Origin: Anaerolineae bacterium
GTDB lineage: Bacteria; Chloroflexota; Anaerolineae; Anaerolineales; E44-bin32
Reading direction: 5' to 3'
NCBI GenBank assembly: GCA_011174845.1
Contig: DUEW01000080.1
Span: 1,536 to 65,535, forward strand
Length of the DNA stretch: 64,000 bases
The notes beneath the pieces were generated by a model. The model saw nothing but the letters and a program-made list of their open reading frames with translations, searched no databases and had not been told where the DNA came from. Position numbers and translations under genes: made by a program. Within the stretch, counting starts at the first letter, position 1. The number at the start of each line of letters is the position of its first letter. Positions 1 to 8,972 of the stretch are shown one piece after another.

Positions 1-467
1 CCATCCTCGCCAAATATCCTGACGACAGGAAGCGCTCTGCGGTACTGCCGTTGATGTATCTGGCACAGTGTGAGTACGGTTCGGTCACTTTGGAAGCAAT
101 GATAGAGATTGCTGATTTGCTCGACATCGATGTCACCCAAGTGGCTTCGCTGATAGGTTTTTACACCTTGCTCTGGGATAGACCCGGTGGTAAATATCGT
201 ATCCAGATCTGTACCGACCTTCCTTGTGCCTTACAGGGTGCCGAGGAATTTGCTCATCAGTTATGCGAGAAATTAGGTATCCAATTGGGCGGGACGACGC
301 CCGATGGGATGATCAGCGTCGAAGGCGTCATGTGCCTGGCTGCGTGTAACGGTGCACCCATGTTCCAGGTACAAGGCCCGGATGGGATCCAATACCACGA
401 ACGTCAGACTGTGGAATCGGCATTGGCGTTAATCGATGAGCTTCGTAAGAGGGACGACAGTGGCTGA
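1..467 (+). CDS. nuoE: NADH-quinone oxidoreductase subunit E (2Fe-2S, 24 kDa-type); 5-prime end lies upstream of the window
   Basis: Reading frame is open from base 3 (ILAKYPDDRKRSAVLPLMYLAQ... precedes the first Met of supplied ORF 51..467). Thioredoxin-like 2Fe-2S cysteine pattern CTDLPC ... CLAACNGAP. Immediately followed by nuoF. Confidence 0.9.
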   Translation, partial: ILAKYPDDRKRSAVLPLMYLAQCEYGSVTLEAMIEIADLLDIDVTQVASLIGFYTLLWDRPGGKYRIQICTDLPCALQGAEEFAHQLCEKLGIQLGGTTPDGMISVEGVMCLAACNGAPMFQVQGPDGIQYHERQTVESALALIDELRKRDDSG

Positions 468-1716
468 TCATATTCTGCTCCGCCATCGTGACATCCCTGA
501 TCTCGATCAATTGGAGGTCTACCTCGAGCATGGTGGGTTCGAGGCGTTTAAACAGGCCGTCACCGGGATGACCCCCCAGGAAGTCATCGACGTTGTAAAA
601 GCTTCCGGGCTGCGCGGTCGTGGTGGGGCTGGTTTCCCGGCCGGTGTGAAGTGGGGTTTTCTCGCCCCAGGCGTCTTTCCTCGCTACGTTGTCGCAAACG
701 CCGATGAGTCGGAGCCAGGTACGTTCAAGGATCGTGAAATTCTAGAACGCAATCCATACCAATTTCTCGAAGGAGTGGCCATTTGCTCATACGCTGCGCA
801 GGCGAACACAGCGTATGTTTACTGTCGTGGTGAGTTCTGGGACCTCGCTCATGAACTTGAACACAAAATAGATGCGTTACATGAAGCAGGGCTGCTCGGT
901 GAAGGGATCTTTAGCACCGATTATTCCCTTAAGATCCACATTCACTTGGGCGCCGGTGCTTACATCTGCGGTGAGGAGACGGCTCTCCTTGATTCGATGG
1001 AAGGGAAACTTGGGCAACCGCGCTTGAGACCCCCATTCCCCGCTGCTCAGGGGCTTTTCGCCAAGCCAACAGTTGTCAATAACGTCGAAACACTGACAAA
1101 CCTGCCTCCGATCCTTAACCGGGGTGCGGATTGGTATCGCAGCATTGGGACCGAAAAAAGCGCGGGTCCGAAGGTGTTTTGTCTCTCCGGTTGTGTTGCG
1201 CGTCCCGGGAATTATGAATTGCCTCTCGGCACTCCTTTCCGCCAGTTGATTTTCGAACATGGAGGAGGTATTCCGGGAGGGCGGTCGATCAAGGCCATCC
1301 TACCTGCTGGTGCTTCGGCGCCTCTTCTGCCAGCAACGGATGAGGTGCTTGATACGCCGATGGATTATGAATCTGTTCCTAAAATCGGCTCGCAGTTGGG
1401 TTCAGCATCGATCATCGTGATCGATGAGACGGTCAATATCGCTTGGCTGGTCCATAAAACTACTCGCTTTTTCGAACATGAATCCTGTGGAAAGTGTACG
1501 CCCTGCCGTGAGGGTACCTATTGGATGCACCATCTTCTTCAGAGGATTGAGCGAGGAGAGGCCGATCTGGAGGATATCGATCTCTTAGAAGCTGTGGCGC
1601 GGGGAATGCAAGGAAAGTGCCTCTGCGCGTTAGGTGAGTTCGCAATCATGCCGGTGATTTCTGGGATCCAACATTTCCGGGCTGACTTTGAGGCTCGCGT
1701 CAGGAATGGGCGATGA
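436..1716 (+). CDS. nuoF: NADH-quinone oxidoreductase subunit F (FMN/NADH-binding, 51 kDa-type)
   Basis: 426-aa ORF. Glycine-rich NADH/FMN motif GLRGRGGAGFPAGVKW and 4Fe-4S motif ESCGKCTPCREG. Start ambiguous: ATG 436 or GTG 460; both overlap the nuoE stop at 465-467. Confidence 0.95.
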   Translation: MSFVRGTTVADHILLRHRDIPDLDQLEVYLEHGGFEAFKQAVTGMTPQEVIDVVKASGLRGRGGAGFPAGVKWGFLAPGVFPRYVVANADESEPGTFKDREILERNPYQFLEGVAICSYAAQANTAYVYCRGEFWDLAHELEHKIDALHEAGLLGEGIFSTDYSLKIHIHLGAGAYICGEETALLDSMEGKLGQPRLRPPFPAAQGLFAKPTVVNNVETLTNLPPILNRGADWYRSIGTEKSAGPKVFCLSGCVARPGNYELPLGTPFRQLIFEHGGGIPGGRSIKAILPAGASAPLLPATDEVLDTPMDYESVPKIGSQLGSASIIVIDETVNIAWLVHKTTRFFEHESCGKCTPCREGTYWMHHLLQRIERGEADLEDIDLLEAVARGMQGKCLCALGEFAIMPVISGIQHFRADFEARVRNGR

Positions 1717-4235
1717 CGAAATCGTTGGTAACCTTGACCATCGACGGAATTGAAGTCTCGGTGCCCGAAGGCACGTTGATCGTAGATGCCGCGAAGAAGG
1801 TGGGGATCGATATACCGGTCTTCTGTTACCACCCTAAACTCCATCCGGTTGGTATGTGCCGTATGTGCTTGGTGGAAATTGGACGTCCGGCGCGTGATCG
1901 ATCCACAGGGGAGCCGATCTTCGACGAGGACGGCCAGCAGGTGATCCATTTCGGCCCTAATTTGGAGACCTCTTGCACGACACCGGTTGGTGAGGGCTGG
2001 GTCATTCGGGTAAATAGTGAAAAAGCACGTGAGGGTCGCAAGCAAATTGTGGAGTACCTATTAACCTCACACCCGCTCGATTGCCCGATATGTGATAAGG
2101 GTGGAGAGTGCCCGTTGCAGAACCTCACCATGGAGCATGGGCCAGGAACAAGCCGGTTTTTATTCGACGAGAAGATCGACCTCGACAAGCATGTACCGCT
2201 GGGTGAGTTGATTTTCCTTGACCGTGAGCGTTGCATCCAGTGTGCTCGGTGTGTTCGCTTCCAGGAAGAAGTGGTCGATGATCCGGTCCTCGGATTCACA
2301 AATCGTGGACGACGATTAGAGATCATAACCTCTTCAGACCCTGGTTTTGATTCTTATTTCTCGGGAAATACAACCGATATATGCCCTGTCGGTGCATTGA
2401 CAACGGCCGACTTTCGTTTTGGCGCACGTCCATGGGAGCTCAACAGAGCTGCTTCGATCTGCCCTCACTGCCCGGTAGGTTGTAATCTCACACTCAATAC
2501 CCGTCGCGAAGCACGAGCGGAGGGGCGGGACGTGATCAAACGTGTGATGCCGCGTCAGAATGAGCATGTGAACGAGATCTGGATTTGTGACAAAGGTCGC
2601 TTCGCTCACCACTTTGCCTCCAGTATCGAACGTCTTACGAAGCCGATGGTGCGAGTAAATGGCGATCTTGTTCAGGTCGGATGGGATGAGGCGTTGGTTC
2701 GAGCGACGGAGGGATTGAAGGATGCCCTCGGCCGGTCGAAAGGAGGGTTGGTTGGGATCGCTGGAGGACGCGCCTCCAACGAAGACCTCTATGTATTCCG
2801 CCGATTTATCGAGGGATTGGACGGTCACACAGTCTTAGACGACAATCTAGCCGGTGGTGATTTGACGCGTGAAATGGGTGTTGGTAGGGGCACCGATTTA
2901 GGCCAAATAGGTCCCGGGGATGTGATCCTGGTGATCGCTTCTGACCTTCACGAGGAAGCGCCCATCTGGTGGCTGCGGTTAAAGCAGGCAGTTGAAAGAG
3001 GGGCCGAATTAATTGTGGCCAATGCCCGGGCTACCCGTTTGGATCGATATGCGGCTCACATCATTCGATATCCGTACCGCCGCGCCGTTCAAACCGCGCT
3101 GGGTCTTCTTCACGCCGTGACAAAAAGAGCTGACCTGAGCCCGTTCGTTGGTGATAAAAGCCTTCAAAAAGTTGCCAAGCTCTTCATGAAGGCAGAGAAC
3201 GCGATCATCTTCTACGGCAGGGAAGGACTGGATTACAAAGCTTCAGAAGCCTTGGCTCAAGCATGCGCTAGCCTACTAACTTCCACGGACCACGTTGGGC
3301 GTGCGAATAACGGTTTGATCGCAGTCTGGCCGCGAGTCAATACCCAGGGAGCGTGGGACATGGGTTTACAACCCATTCCTTCCGGCCTCGGTGAGATTTT
3401 GGAGCAGGCTTCGGCTGTCTACGTGATGGCTTCAGATCCAGTGGCCGATGACGCATCATTGGAGACGCTCCTGCGGGAGGACACTTTCCTCGTCGTCCAG
3501 GAACTCTTCATGACGCCAACGGCGGAATTGGCTGACGTGGTATTCCCGGCTCGATCTTTCATCGAGCGGGAGGGAACCTATACCTCAGGGGAACATCGAG
3601 TGCAGCGCTTCTACCCTGCGGTTCTACCGCTCGGTGGGACGAAATCGGATTGGCGTATTGTGACATCGCTTGCGAACGCGATGGGGATTGAATTGAACTT
3701 CCCCTCTGCGGCTGCGGTGATGCTGGCGATTGCTGAGAGCGTTCCTAATTATTCGGATTTGACCTACCAAGCTCTGACAATAGCAGAATCCCAATGGCCG
3801 CATGTTGGAGGGGAGAGCCTGTATTTCGGCGGGAACGCGTTCAAGAATTCTCAAGGTCTTGGTGTCCAGGTAGGACCAGCAGCTGAACCTGGGGAGCCAA
3901 GTGAGGTAGCACTGACGATGCCTGTTGAAGAGTCTGAGGAGGACGGCTTATTGCTGGTACCGATCACACGTCTCTACGATCGGGGCACCACAGTGCTTCC
4001 TTCTAAAGTGCTTCATCCACGTCTTGAAAGGTTGCACATCGAATTGAACCCCAAGGACGCCAGTCACTTGGGAGTAATCGATGGTGCTCAAGTTGAATTT
4101 CGTATGAATGGGAAACGTTTTCAGCTTCCGGCTCGATTAGTGGCTACGGTACCAGAGGGTATTGCATTGATGCCACGCAGCCTCGGAGTTTCAGTGGTTA
4201 ATCCGATTCCCGTCCAGATTTCGTCGGTTGAATAG
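1713..4235 (+). CDS. nuoG: NADH-quinone oxidoreductase subunit G (75 kDa-type, molybdopterin-oxidoreductase-like C-terminus)
   Basis: 840-aa ORF with a 4-nt overlap on nuoF. N-terminal 2Fe-2S motif CYHPKLHPVGMCRMCLV, then CPICDKGGECPLQN and CIQCARCVRF cluster motifs. Ends with TAG at 4233-4235. Confidence 0.92.
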   Translation: MTKSLVTLTIDGIEVSVPEGTLIVDAAKKVGIDIPVFCYHPKLHPVGMCRMCLVEIGRPARDRSTGEPIFDEDGQQVIHFGPNLETSCTTPVGEGWVIRVNSEKAREGRKQIVEYLLTSHPLDCPICDKGGECPLQNLTMEHGPGTSRFLFDEKIDLDKHVPLGELIFLDRERCIQCARCVRFQEEVVDDPVLGFTNRGRRLEIITSSDPGFDSYFSGNTTDICPVGALTTADFRFGARPWELNRAASICPHCPVGCNLTLNTRREARAEGRDVIKRVMPRQNEHVNEIWICDKGRFAHHFASSIERLTKPMVRVNGDLVQVGWDEALVRATEGLKDALGRSKGGLVGIAGGRASNEDLYVFRRFIEGLDGHTVLDDNLAGGDLTREMGVGRGTDLGQIGPGDVILVIASDLHEEAPIWWLRLKQAVERGAELIVANARATRLDRYAAHIIRYPYRRAVQTALGLLHAVTKRADLSPFVGDKSLQKVAKLFMKAENAIIFYGREGLDYKASEALAQACASLLTSTDHVGRANNGLIAVWPRVNTQGAWDMGLQPIPSGLGEILEQASAVYVMASDPVADDASLETLLREDTFLVVQELFMTPTAELADVVFPARSFIEREGTYTSGEHRVQRFYPAVLPLGGTKSDWRIVTSLANAMGIELNFPSAAAVMLAIAESVPNYSDLTYQALTIAESQWPHVGGESLYFGGNAFKNSQGLGVQVGPAAEPGEPSEVALTMPVEESEEDGLLLVPITRLYDRGTTVLPSKVLHPRLERLHIELNPKDASHLGVIDGAQVEFRMNGKRFQLPARLVATVPEGIALMPRSLGVSVVNPIPVQISSVE

Positions 4236-5242
4236 TGGGAAGTCCTATGGACATCTTTTTGCTCTTGGAATGGACAATCAAGTCGGTGGTGATCATATTG
4301 ATCATACTGGGTGGGTTCGCGTATCTCACTCTTTATGAGAGACGAGCGAATGCTCGTATCCAAACCCGGATTGGCCCTAACCGAGCCGGACCGTGGGGTT
4401 TGCTTCAACCCATCGCGGATGCCATCAAGCTCATATTCAAAGAAGAGCTGATCCCCGAGAAATCCGATAAAGTGCTCTTCATCTTGGCGCCGGTGATCAC
4501 CGTCGTGCCAGCCATGATCCTGTTGGCCGTCATTCCTATGGGGCCGGACATTTTAGGGTTCAAGATTGGGCTCGCCGACGGTATCAATGTAGGTGTGCTT
4601 TATATTATGGCCGTCGCATCCATCGCTGTGTATGGTATTGTGATTGCAGGTTGGGCGTCGAATAACAAGTACGCGTTGCTGGGCGGATTGCGTGCTACGG
4701 CGCAAATGGTCAGCTACGAGCTCTCACTTGCTTTGGCGTTGGTGGGCCCCATTATGCTCGCAAATACAATGAACATCCGCGAAATCGTCGTGGCTCAGAA
4801 GGGACTTTGGTATATTATCTTGCAGCCGCTTGGGTTTCTCATCTATTTTATAGCCGCAGTGGCTGAGGTCAACCGGGCTCCCTTTGATATGCCGGAGGCG
4901 GAGCAGGAGCTCATCGCCGGCTACCACGTCGAATATTCTGGCATGAAATTCGCCCTGTTCTTTATGGCCGAGTACGGCAAGATGATCGTCATCTGTTTTA
5001 TCGGAGCCACACTCTTCCTGGGTGGGTATTGGGGACCTTTCGTAGATCAAGTTCCTCTTTTAGGACCGATCTATCTCTTTGTCAAAGTTGTCATTTTACT
5101 TTTCGTATTGATTTGGATTCGAGCGACATTTCCACGCATTCGCTATGATCGTCTTATGGCTTTTGGTTGGAAGATCATGCTTCCCGCAGCGTTGTTCAAT
5201 GTGGTGGTTACTGCTGCGATCGTGTTGTTGTTGGAAGGCTGA
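4235..5242 (+). CDS. nuoH: NADH-quinone oxidoreductase subunit H (ND1-type membrane subunit)
   Basis: 335-aa polytopic ORF. Conserved region RAPFDMPEAEQELIAGYHVEYSGMKFALFFMAEY. Position in the nuo operon. Confidence 0.93.
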   Translation: MGSPMDIFLLLEWTIKSVVIILIILGGFAYLTLYERRANARIQTRIGPNRAGPWGLLQPIADAIKLIFKEELIPEKSDKVLFILAPVITVVPAMILLAVIPMGPDILGFKIGLADGINVGVLYIMAVASIAVYGIVIAGWASNNKYALLGGLRATAQMVSYELSLALALVGPIMLANTMNIREIVVAQKGLWYIILQPLGFLIYFIAAVAEVNRAPFDMPEAEQELIAGYHVEYSGMKFALFFMAEYGKMIVICFIGATLFLGGYWGPFVDQVPLLGPIYLFVKVVILLFVLIWIRATFPRIRYDRLMAFGWKIMLPAALFNVVVTAAIVLLLEG

Positions 5243-5245
5243 GGT

Positions 5246-5755
5246 ATGAGGAAGAACCCGTTAGAACTGCTGCGTGGGCTATGGACGACCTTCCGGAGTA
5301 TGCTTGAGAGTCCGGTGACTTATCAATACCCGGAGATCAAACGTCCGGTAAGGGAACGTTTCCGGGGTCGACATGAGTTGAAGCGCTACGAAAACGGGTT
5401 GGAGAAATGCATTGGATGTGCACTCTGCGCCGCAGCTTGTCCTGCCGATGCGATTTTTGTAGAGGCGGCCGAAAACACCGACGAAGAGCGTTATTCTCCG
5501 GGTGAGCGCTACGCGAGCACCTATGAGATCAACTTGCTTCGTTGCATATTCTGTGGTTTTTGCGAAGATTCATGCCCAACCGAAGCCATTGTGCTTGAGC
5601 AGAACTACGAGGTTTCCTTCACCAGTCGGAGACAAGCCATATATACAAAGGACCTGTTGCTCGTACCCGTTCCAACAAACGGTCGTCAAACACCGATGAA
5701 GGTTCCGCCTGGATCTTTTGAACGGGCTGTTCCTGAGATGGAAGATGCGAAATGA
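5246..5755 (+). CDS. nuoI: NADH-quinone oxidoreductase subunit I (2x 4Fe-4S ferredoxin-type)
   Basis: 169-aa ORF with two CxxCxxCxxxCP motifs (CIGCALCAAACP, CIFCGFCEDSCP). Operon position. Confidence 0.95.
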   Translation: MRKNPLELLRGLWTTFRSMLESPVTYQYPEIKRPVRERFRGRHELKRYENGLEKCIGCALCAAACPADAIFVEAAENTDEERYSPGERYASTYEINLLRCIFCGFCEDSCPTEAIVLEQNYEVSFTSRRQAIYTKDLLLVPVPTNGRQTPMKVPPGSFERAVPEMEDAK

Positions 5756-5760
5756 TATCC

Positions 5761-5834
5761 GGCACCAAGGACCAAGCATTATCAGGTGGTTTCTTCATCT
5801 CCCAGGTGCCTAATTGCCTTGATGCCTCGGTGCC
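5761..5834. repeat. Mini inverted array of degenerate 8-mers (GGCACCAA GGACCAAG ... AGGTGCC TAATTGCC TTGATGCC TCGGTGCC) in the nuoI-nuoJ spacer
   Basis: Read directly. Two GGNNCCAA-type units at 5761-5776, and four units ending in TGCC at 5804-5834. GGCACC (5761-5766) is the exact complement of GGTGCC (5805-5810 and 5829-5834). Same motif class as the large arrays at 46107-46352. Confidence 0.6.
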
Positions 5835-5852
5835 CTTAGAAGTGAACAAATT

Positions 5853-6371
5853 ATGACCCTAGATCTCATCCTTTTCTTCGGTATCGCCTTTATCGCGGTG
5901 GTCTCAGCGATAAGCATGTTAATCAGCCGTAACGCGATCTACTCGGCCTTGTTTCTGGTGCTGAATTTTGTCGCCATCGCTTCACTCTATTTGTTACTTA
6001 ATGCAGCCTTTATCGCGATGGTTCAGGTAACAGTGTACGCAGGGGCTATCATGGTCTTGTTCCTCTTCGTGATCATGTTGCTTGGGGCTGAGAGGGTCGA
6101 GACCAGTCCGAGCCTTCCGTGGCAGCTACCGGTGGCGATCCTCCTAGGTTTGGTGCTCGTGGCAGAGTTTGCCTACGTGCTCTTTGGTAAAGTAGCACAA
6201 GCGGGCGGCGAATTAACGGGCGTGGGGGAGGGATTTGGCAGCCCTGCTTCAGTAGGGCGTATGTTGTTTGACCAATATCTCATTCCTTTCGAAGTGACGT
6301 CAATCTTGTTGCTGGTCGCCATGGTGGGCGCCATTGTGCTAACACGTGATGATCGAAAGGGGAGCCGATGA
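5853..6371 (+). CDS. nuoJ: NADH-quinone oxidoreductase subunit J
   Basis: 172-aa hydrophobic ORF (5 predicted TM stretches by eye). Conserved [19 protein letters not shown] region. Operon position between nuoI and nuoK. Confidence 0.88.
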   Translation: MTLDLILFFGIAFIAVVSAISMLISRNAIYSALFLVLNFVAIASLYLLLNAAFIAMVQVTVYAGAIMVLFLFVIMLLGAERVETSPSLPWQLPVAILLGLVLVAEFAYVLFGKVAQAGGELTGVGEGFGSPASVGRMLFDQYLIPFEVTSILLLVAMVGAIVLTRDDRKGSR

Positions 6372-6685
6372 ACATCGCGACAGATTACATCCTGGCTCTC
6401 TCGGGCGTACTATTTGTCATCGGAGTTTTAGGTGTTTTAGTCCGACGTAACGCGATCGTGATTTTCATGTCCATCGAGTTGATGTTGAACTCAGCCAATC
6501 TGGCCCTGATCGCGTTTGCACGTGCCATGGCACCAGCAGCCGAAGCGCTGCGTGGGCATGTATTGGTGTTTTTCGTCATCGCTGTCGCGGCAGCAGAAGT
6601 CGCAGTTGGTCTGGCGTTGATCGTAGCGATCTTCAGAACCAAGCACAGCATCGACGTCGATCAGGTGAGCAGCCTGCAAGGCTGA
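6368..6685 (+). CDS. nuoK: NADH-quinone oxidoreductase subunit K
   Basis: 105-aa, 3-TM ORF with a 4-nt overlap on nuoJ. Typical [15 protein letters not shown] and [13 protein letters not shown] segments. Confidence 0.92.
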   Translation: MNIATDYILALSGVLFVIGVLGVLVRRNAIVIFMSIELMLNSANLALIAFARAMAPAAEALRGHVLVFFVIAVAAAEVAVGLALIVAIFRTKHSIDVDQVSSLQG

Positions 6686-6706
6686 TCTCAGTGACGGAGG
6701 GTGTGA

Positions 6707-8791
6707 ATGTCCTTTAGTGAAGTCCTGCAGGGTGGAAGCTTATTCGCCTATGCACCTCTGATCATTGCTTTCCCCCTTCTCGGCTTGCTGATCAATATGA
6801 TTTTTGGGCGTCGTCTAGGCGAACGGGCTGTCGGTATCATCGCCAGTAGCGCTGTAGGACTCTCGTTCGTTATTGCGATACTGCAATTCTTCGCTTTGAG
6901 TACACACCCTGAGGGCACAAGCGTTCCGATTGCGGATTGGATCACCATTGGGCAGCTGGCCGTTCCTTGGTCGCTGAAGGTCGACACGCTTTCCGTGACG
7001 ATGATGTTGATGGTCACAGGTGTCAGCGCGTTGATCCATGTCTATGCCATCGGCTACATGCACGAAGATGTTCGCTTTCAGGGCGATCCGGGTCGCTTCA
7101 CGCGTTTCTTCGTTTTCTTCAATCTTTTCGTTGCCACGATGATGGTGTTAGTGACGGCCGACAATTTCCTCATGATGTTCGTCGGTTGGGAGGGTGTTGG
7201 TCTCTGTTCTTACCTCCTGATCGGTTTCTGGTTTGAGAAAGGCGAAGATGGGATCGGTAACGCGATCGCCGGGAAGAAGGCATTCATCACGAATCGCATC
7301 GGAGACTTCGGCTTCTTGATCGCCATGTTTTTAATCTTTGGAGCCGTAGGAAGCCTGCAATTTGCCGATGTTTTCCATTGGGCTCACGAGCACGGTCTTG
7401 AAAACGTCGATGTGATCACGGCGATCACGCTCTTTCTGCTGCTTGGTGCGACGGGCAAATCGGCTCAAATTCCACTCTTTGTCTGGCTGCCAGATGCGAT
7501 GGCAGGTCCTACACCGGTTTCAGCCCTCATCCATGCCGCCACCATGGTCACAGCTGGCATCTACATGATTGCACGCAACCAAGCGTTATATGATGTGGCA
7601 GGACTTTCATCGAACTTGGTGGCGTTGATCGGCGCTGCTACGGCGTTGTTCGCAGCGACGATCGCTGTCGGGCAATTTGACATTAAGCGCGTCTTGGCTT
7701 ATTCGACGATCAGCCAATTGGGTTTCATGCTCGCCGCTGTTGGCGTCGGCGCGCAAGTGGCAGGCATGTTCCATTTGGTTACCCACGCGTTCTTCAAGGC
7801 TTTACTTTTCCTCTCCGCAGGATCTGTTATTCAAGGCATAGAGCATGGTCATCATCATCTCGAGCATGTTGGGGCGAACCCTGGAGGGGGAGAAGCATTT
7901 GATCCAAACGATATGCGGAATATGGGTGGTCTGCGATCAAAAATGAAGATCACCTTCTGGGTGTATCTGATCGGTGCGCTTGCGCTCTCTGGCATCTTCC
8001 CACTGGCAGGATTTTGGTCAAAAGATGAAATCCTGGCTGATGCAAATCATGAAAGCATTGTGATCTTCCTGCTGCTCACTGTTGCAGCTTTCTTCACTGC
8101 TTTTTATATGGGCCGCCAGATCCTAATGGTCTTTTTCGGTCAGCCGCGCAGCGAAGCAGCTAAACATGCACCTGAGAATCCACCTGTCATGACCGTGCCC
8201 CTGATCCTGCTGGCAGTAGGCGCAATCCTTGGAGGTGTTCTCAACCTCCCCGGGATGCATACGTTAACAGATTGGCTAGAGCATACGCTGCATGTGCATG
8301 TTACCGAATTCAATCCCGTGGTTGCGGGTTTATCGACCCTGTTAGCTCTCCTGGCGATCGGTATCGCTTGGTTCGTGTATGGTCGTCAACCCATGGGCAA
8401 GGGTAGTCCCGATCCGCTGCGTCGGATGTTAGGACCGATTTTCGTTGGCATGGAGAATAAATGGTGGGTGGACGAATTGTATCAATTTCTGATCGTGCGA
8501 CCTTATATCGCACTTGCGGACGTTCTTGCCGATGTAATCGATTGGCGATTTTGGCATGATTGGTTCCACGATACGGTTCTCGCCCGAACATTCCGCGAAG
8601 GGACGCGGTGGCTGAATGACGCATTCGATTTGAGGGTCATTGACGGTATCGCAAATGGTCTAGGAAATCTGACCCAAGCAATCTCTGGGCGCATGCGTTT
8701 CCTTCAAACGGGTTATGTGCGTAATTACGCGCTCTCGTTCTTGGTTGGGGTGCTTCTGGTTTTGAGCTACTTTATTTTTGGATCAAGCTAG
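6707..8791 (+). CDS. nuoL: NADH-quinone oxidoreductase subunit L (antiporter-like)
   Basis: 694-aa polytopic ORF. Conserved FVGWEGVGLCSYLLIGFW and AGPTPVSALIHAATMVTAGIY motifs. Ends with TAG. Confidence 0.93.
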   Translation: MSFSEVLQGGSLFAYAPLIIAFPLLGLLINMIFGRRLGERAVGIIASSAVGLSFVIAILQFFALSTHPEGTSVPIADWITIGQLAVPWSLKVDTLSVTMMLMVTGVSALIHVYAIGYMHEDVRFQGDPGRFTRFFVFFNLFVATMMVLVTADNFLMMFVGWEGVGLCSYLLIGFWFEKGEDGIGNAIAGKKAFITNRIGDFGFLIAMFLIFGAVGSLQFADVFHWAHEHGLENVDVITAITLFLLLGATGKSAQIPLFVWLPDAMAGPTPVSALIHAATMVTAGIYMIARNQALYDVAGLSSNLVALIGAATALFAATIAVGQFDIKRVLAYSTISQLGFMLAAVGVGAQVAGMFHLVTHAFFKALLFLSAGSVIQGIEHGHHHLEHVGANPGGGEAFDPNDMRNMGGLRSKMKITFWVYLIGALALSGIFPLAGFWSKDEILADANHESIVIFLLLTVAAFFTAFYMGRQILMVFFGQPRSEAAKHAPENPPVMTVPLILLAVGAILGGVLNLPGMHTLTDWLEHTLHVHVTEFNPVVAGLSTLLALLAIGIAWFVYGRQPMGKGSPDPLRRMLGPIFVGMENKWWVDELYQFLIVRPYIALADVLADVIDWRFWHDWFHDTVLARTFREGTRWLNDAFDLRVIDGIANGLGNLTQAISGRMRFLQTGYVRNYALSFLVGVLLVLSYFIFGSS

Positions 8792-8830
8792 TGTTGTTTT
8801 ATGATGAAATTTTTGCTCTGTTGGAGATAA

Positions 8831-8921
8831 GTCATCCTGAGCTTGTCGAAGGATGACGCCAAAGCTGTGAACGCACCCTTCGACCCCTCAACGGGCTCGG
8901 GGCAATGCAGGCTCAGGGTGC
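8831..8921. repeat. Bipartite palindromic intergenic element, family A, compact copy, inside the nuoL-nuoM spacer
   Basis: Hairpin 1 GTCATCC-N13-GGATGAC (8831-8857). Hairpin 2 GCACCCT...AGGGTGC (8873-8921). Same termini and order as the larger copy at 36701-36870. Confidence 0.8.
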
Positions 8922-8972
8922 TTCAATTGCTGTTGTTTATAAAATCTTGGTTGATACAGCATTAATTGAGGA

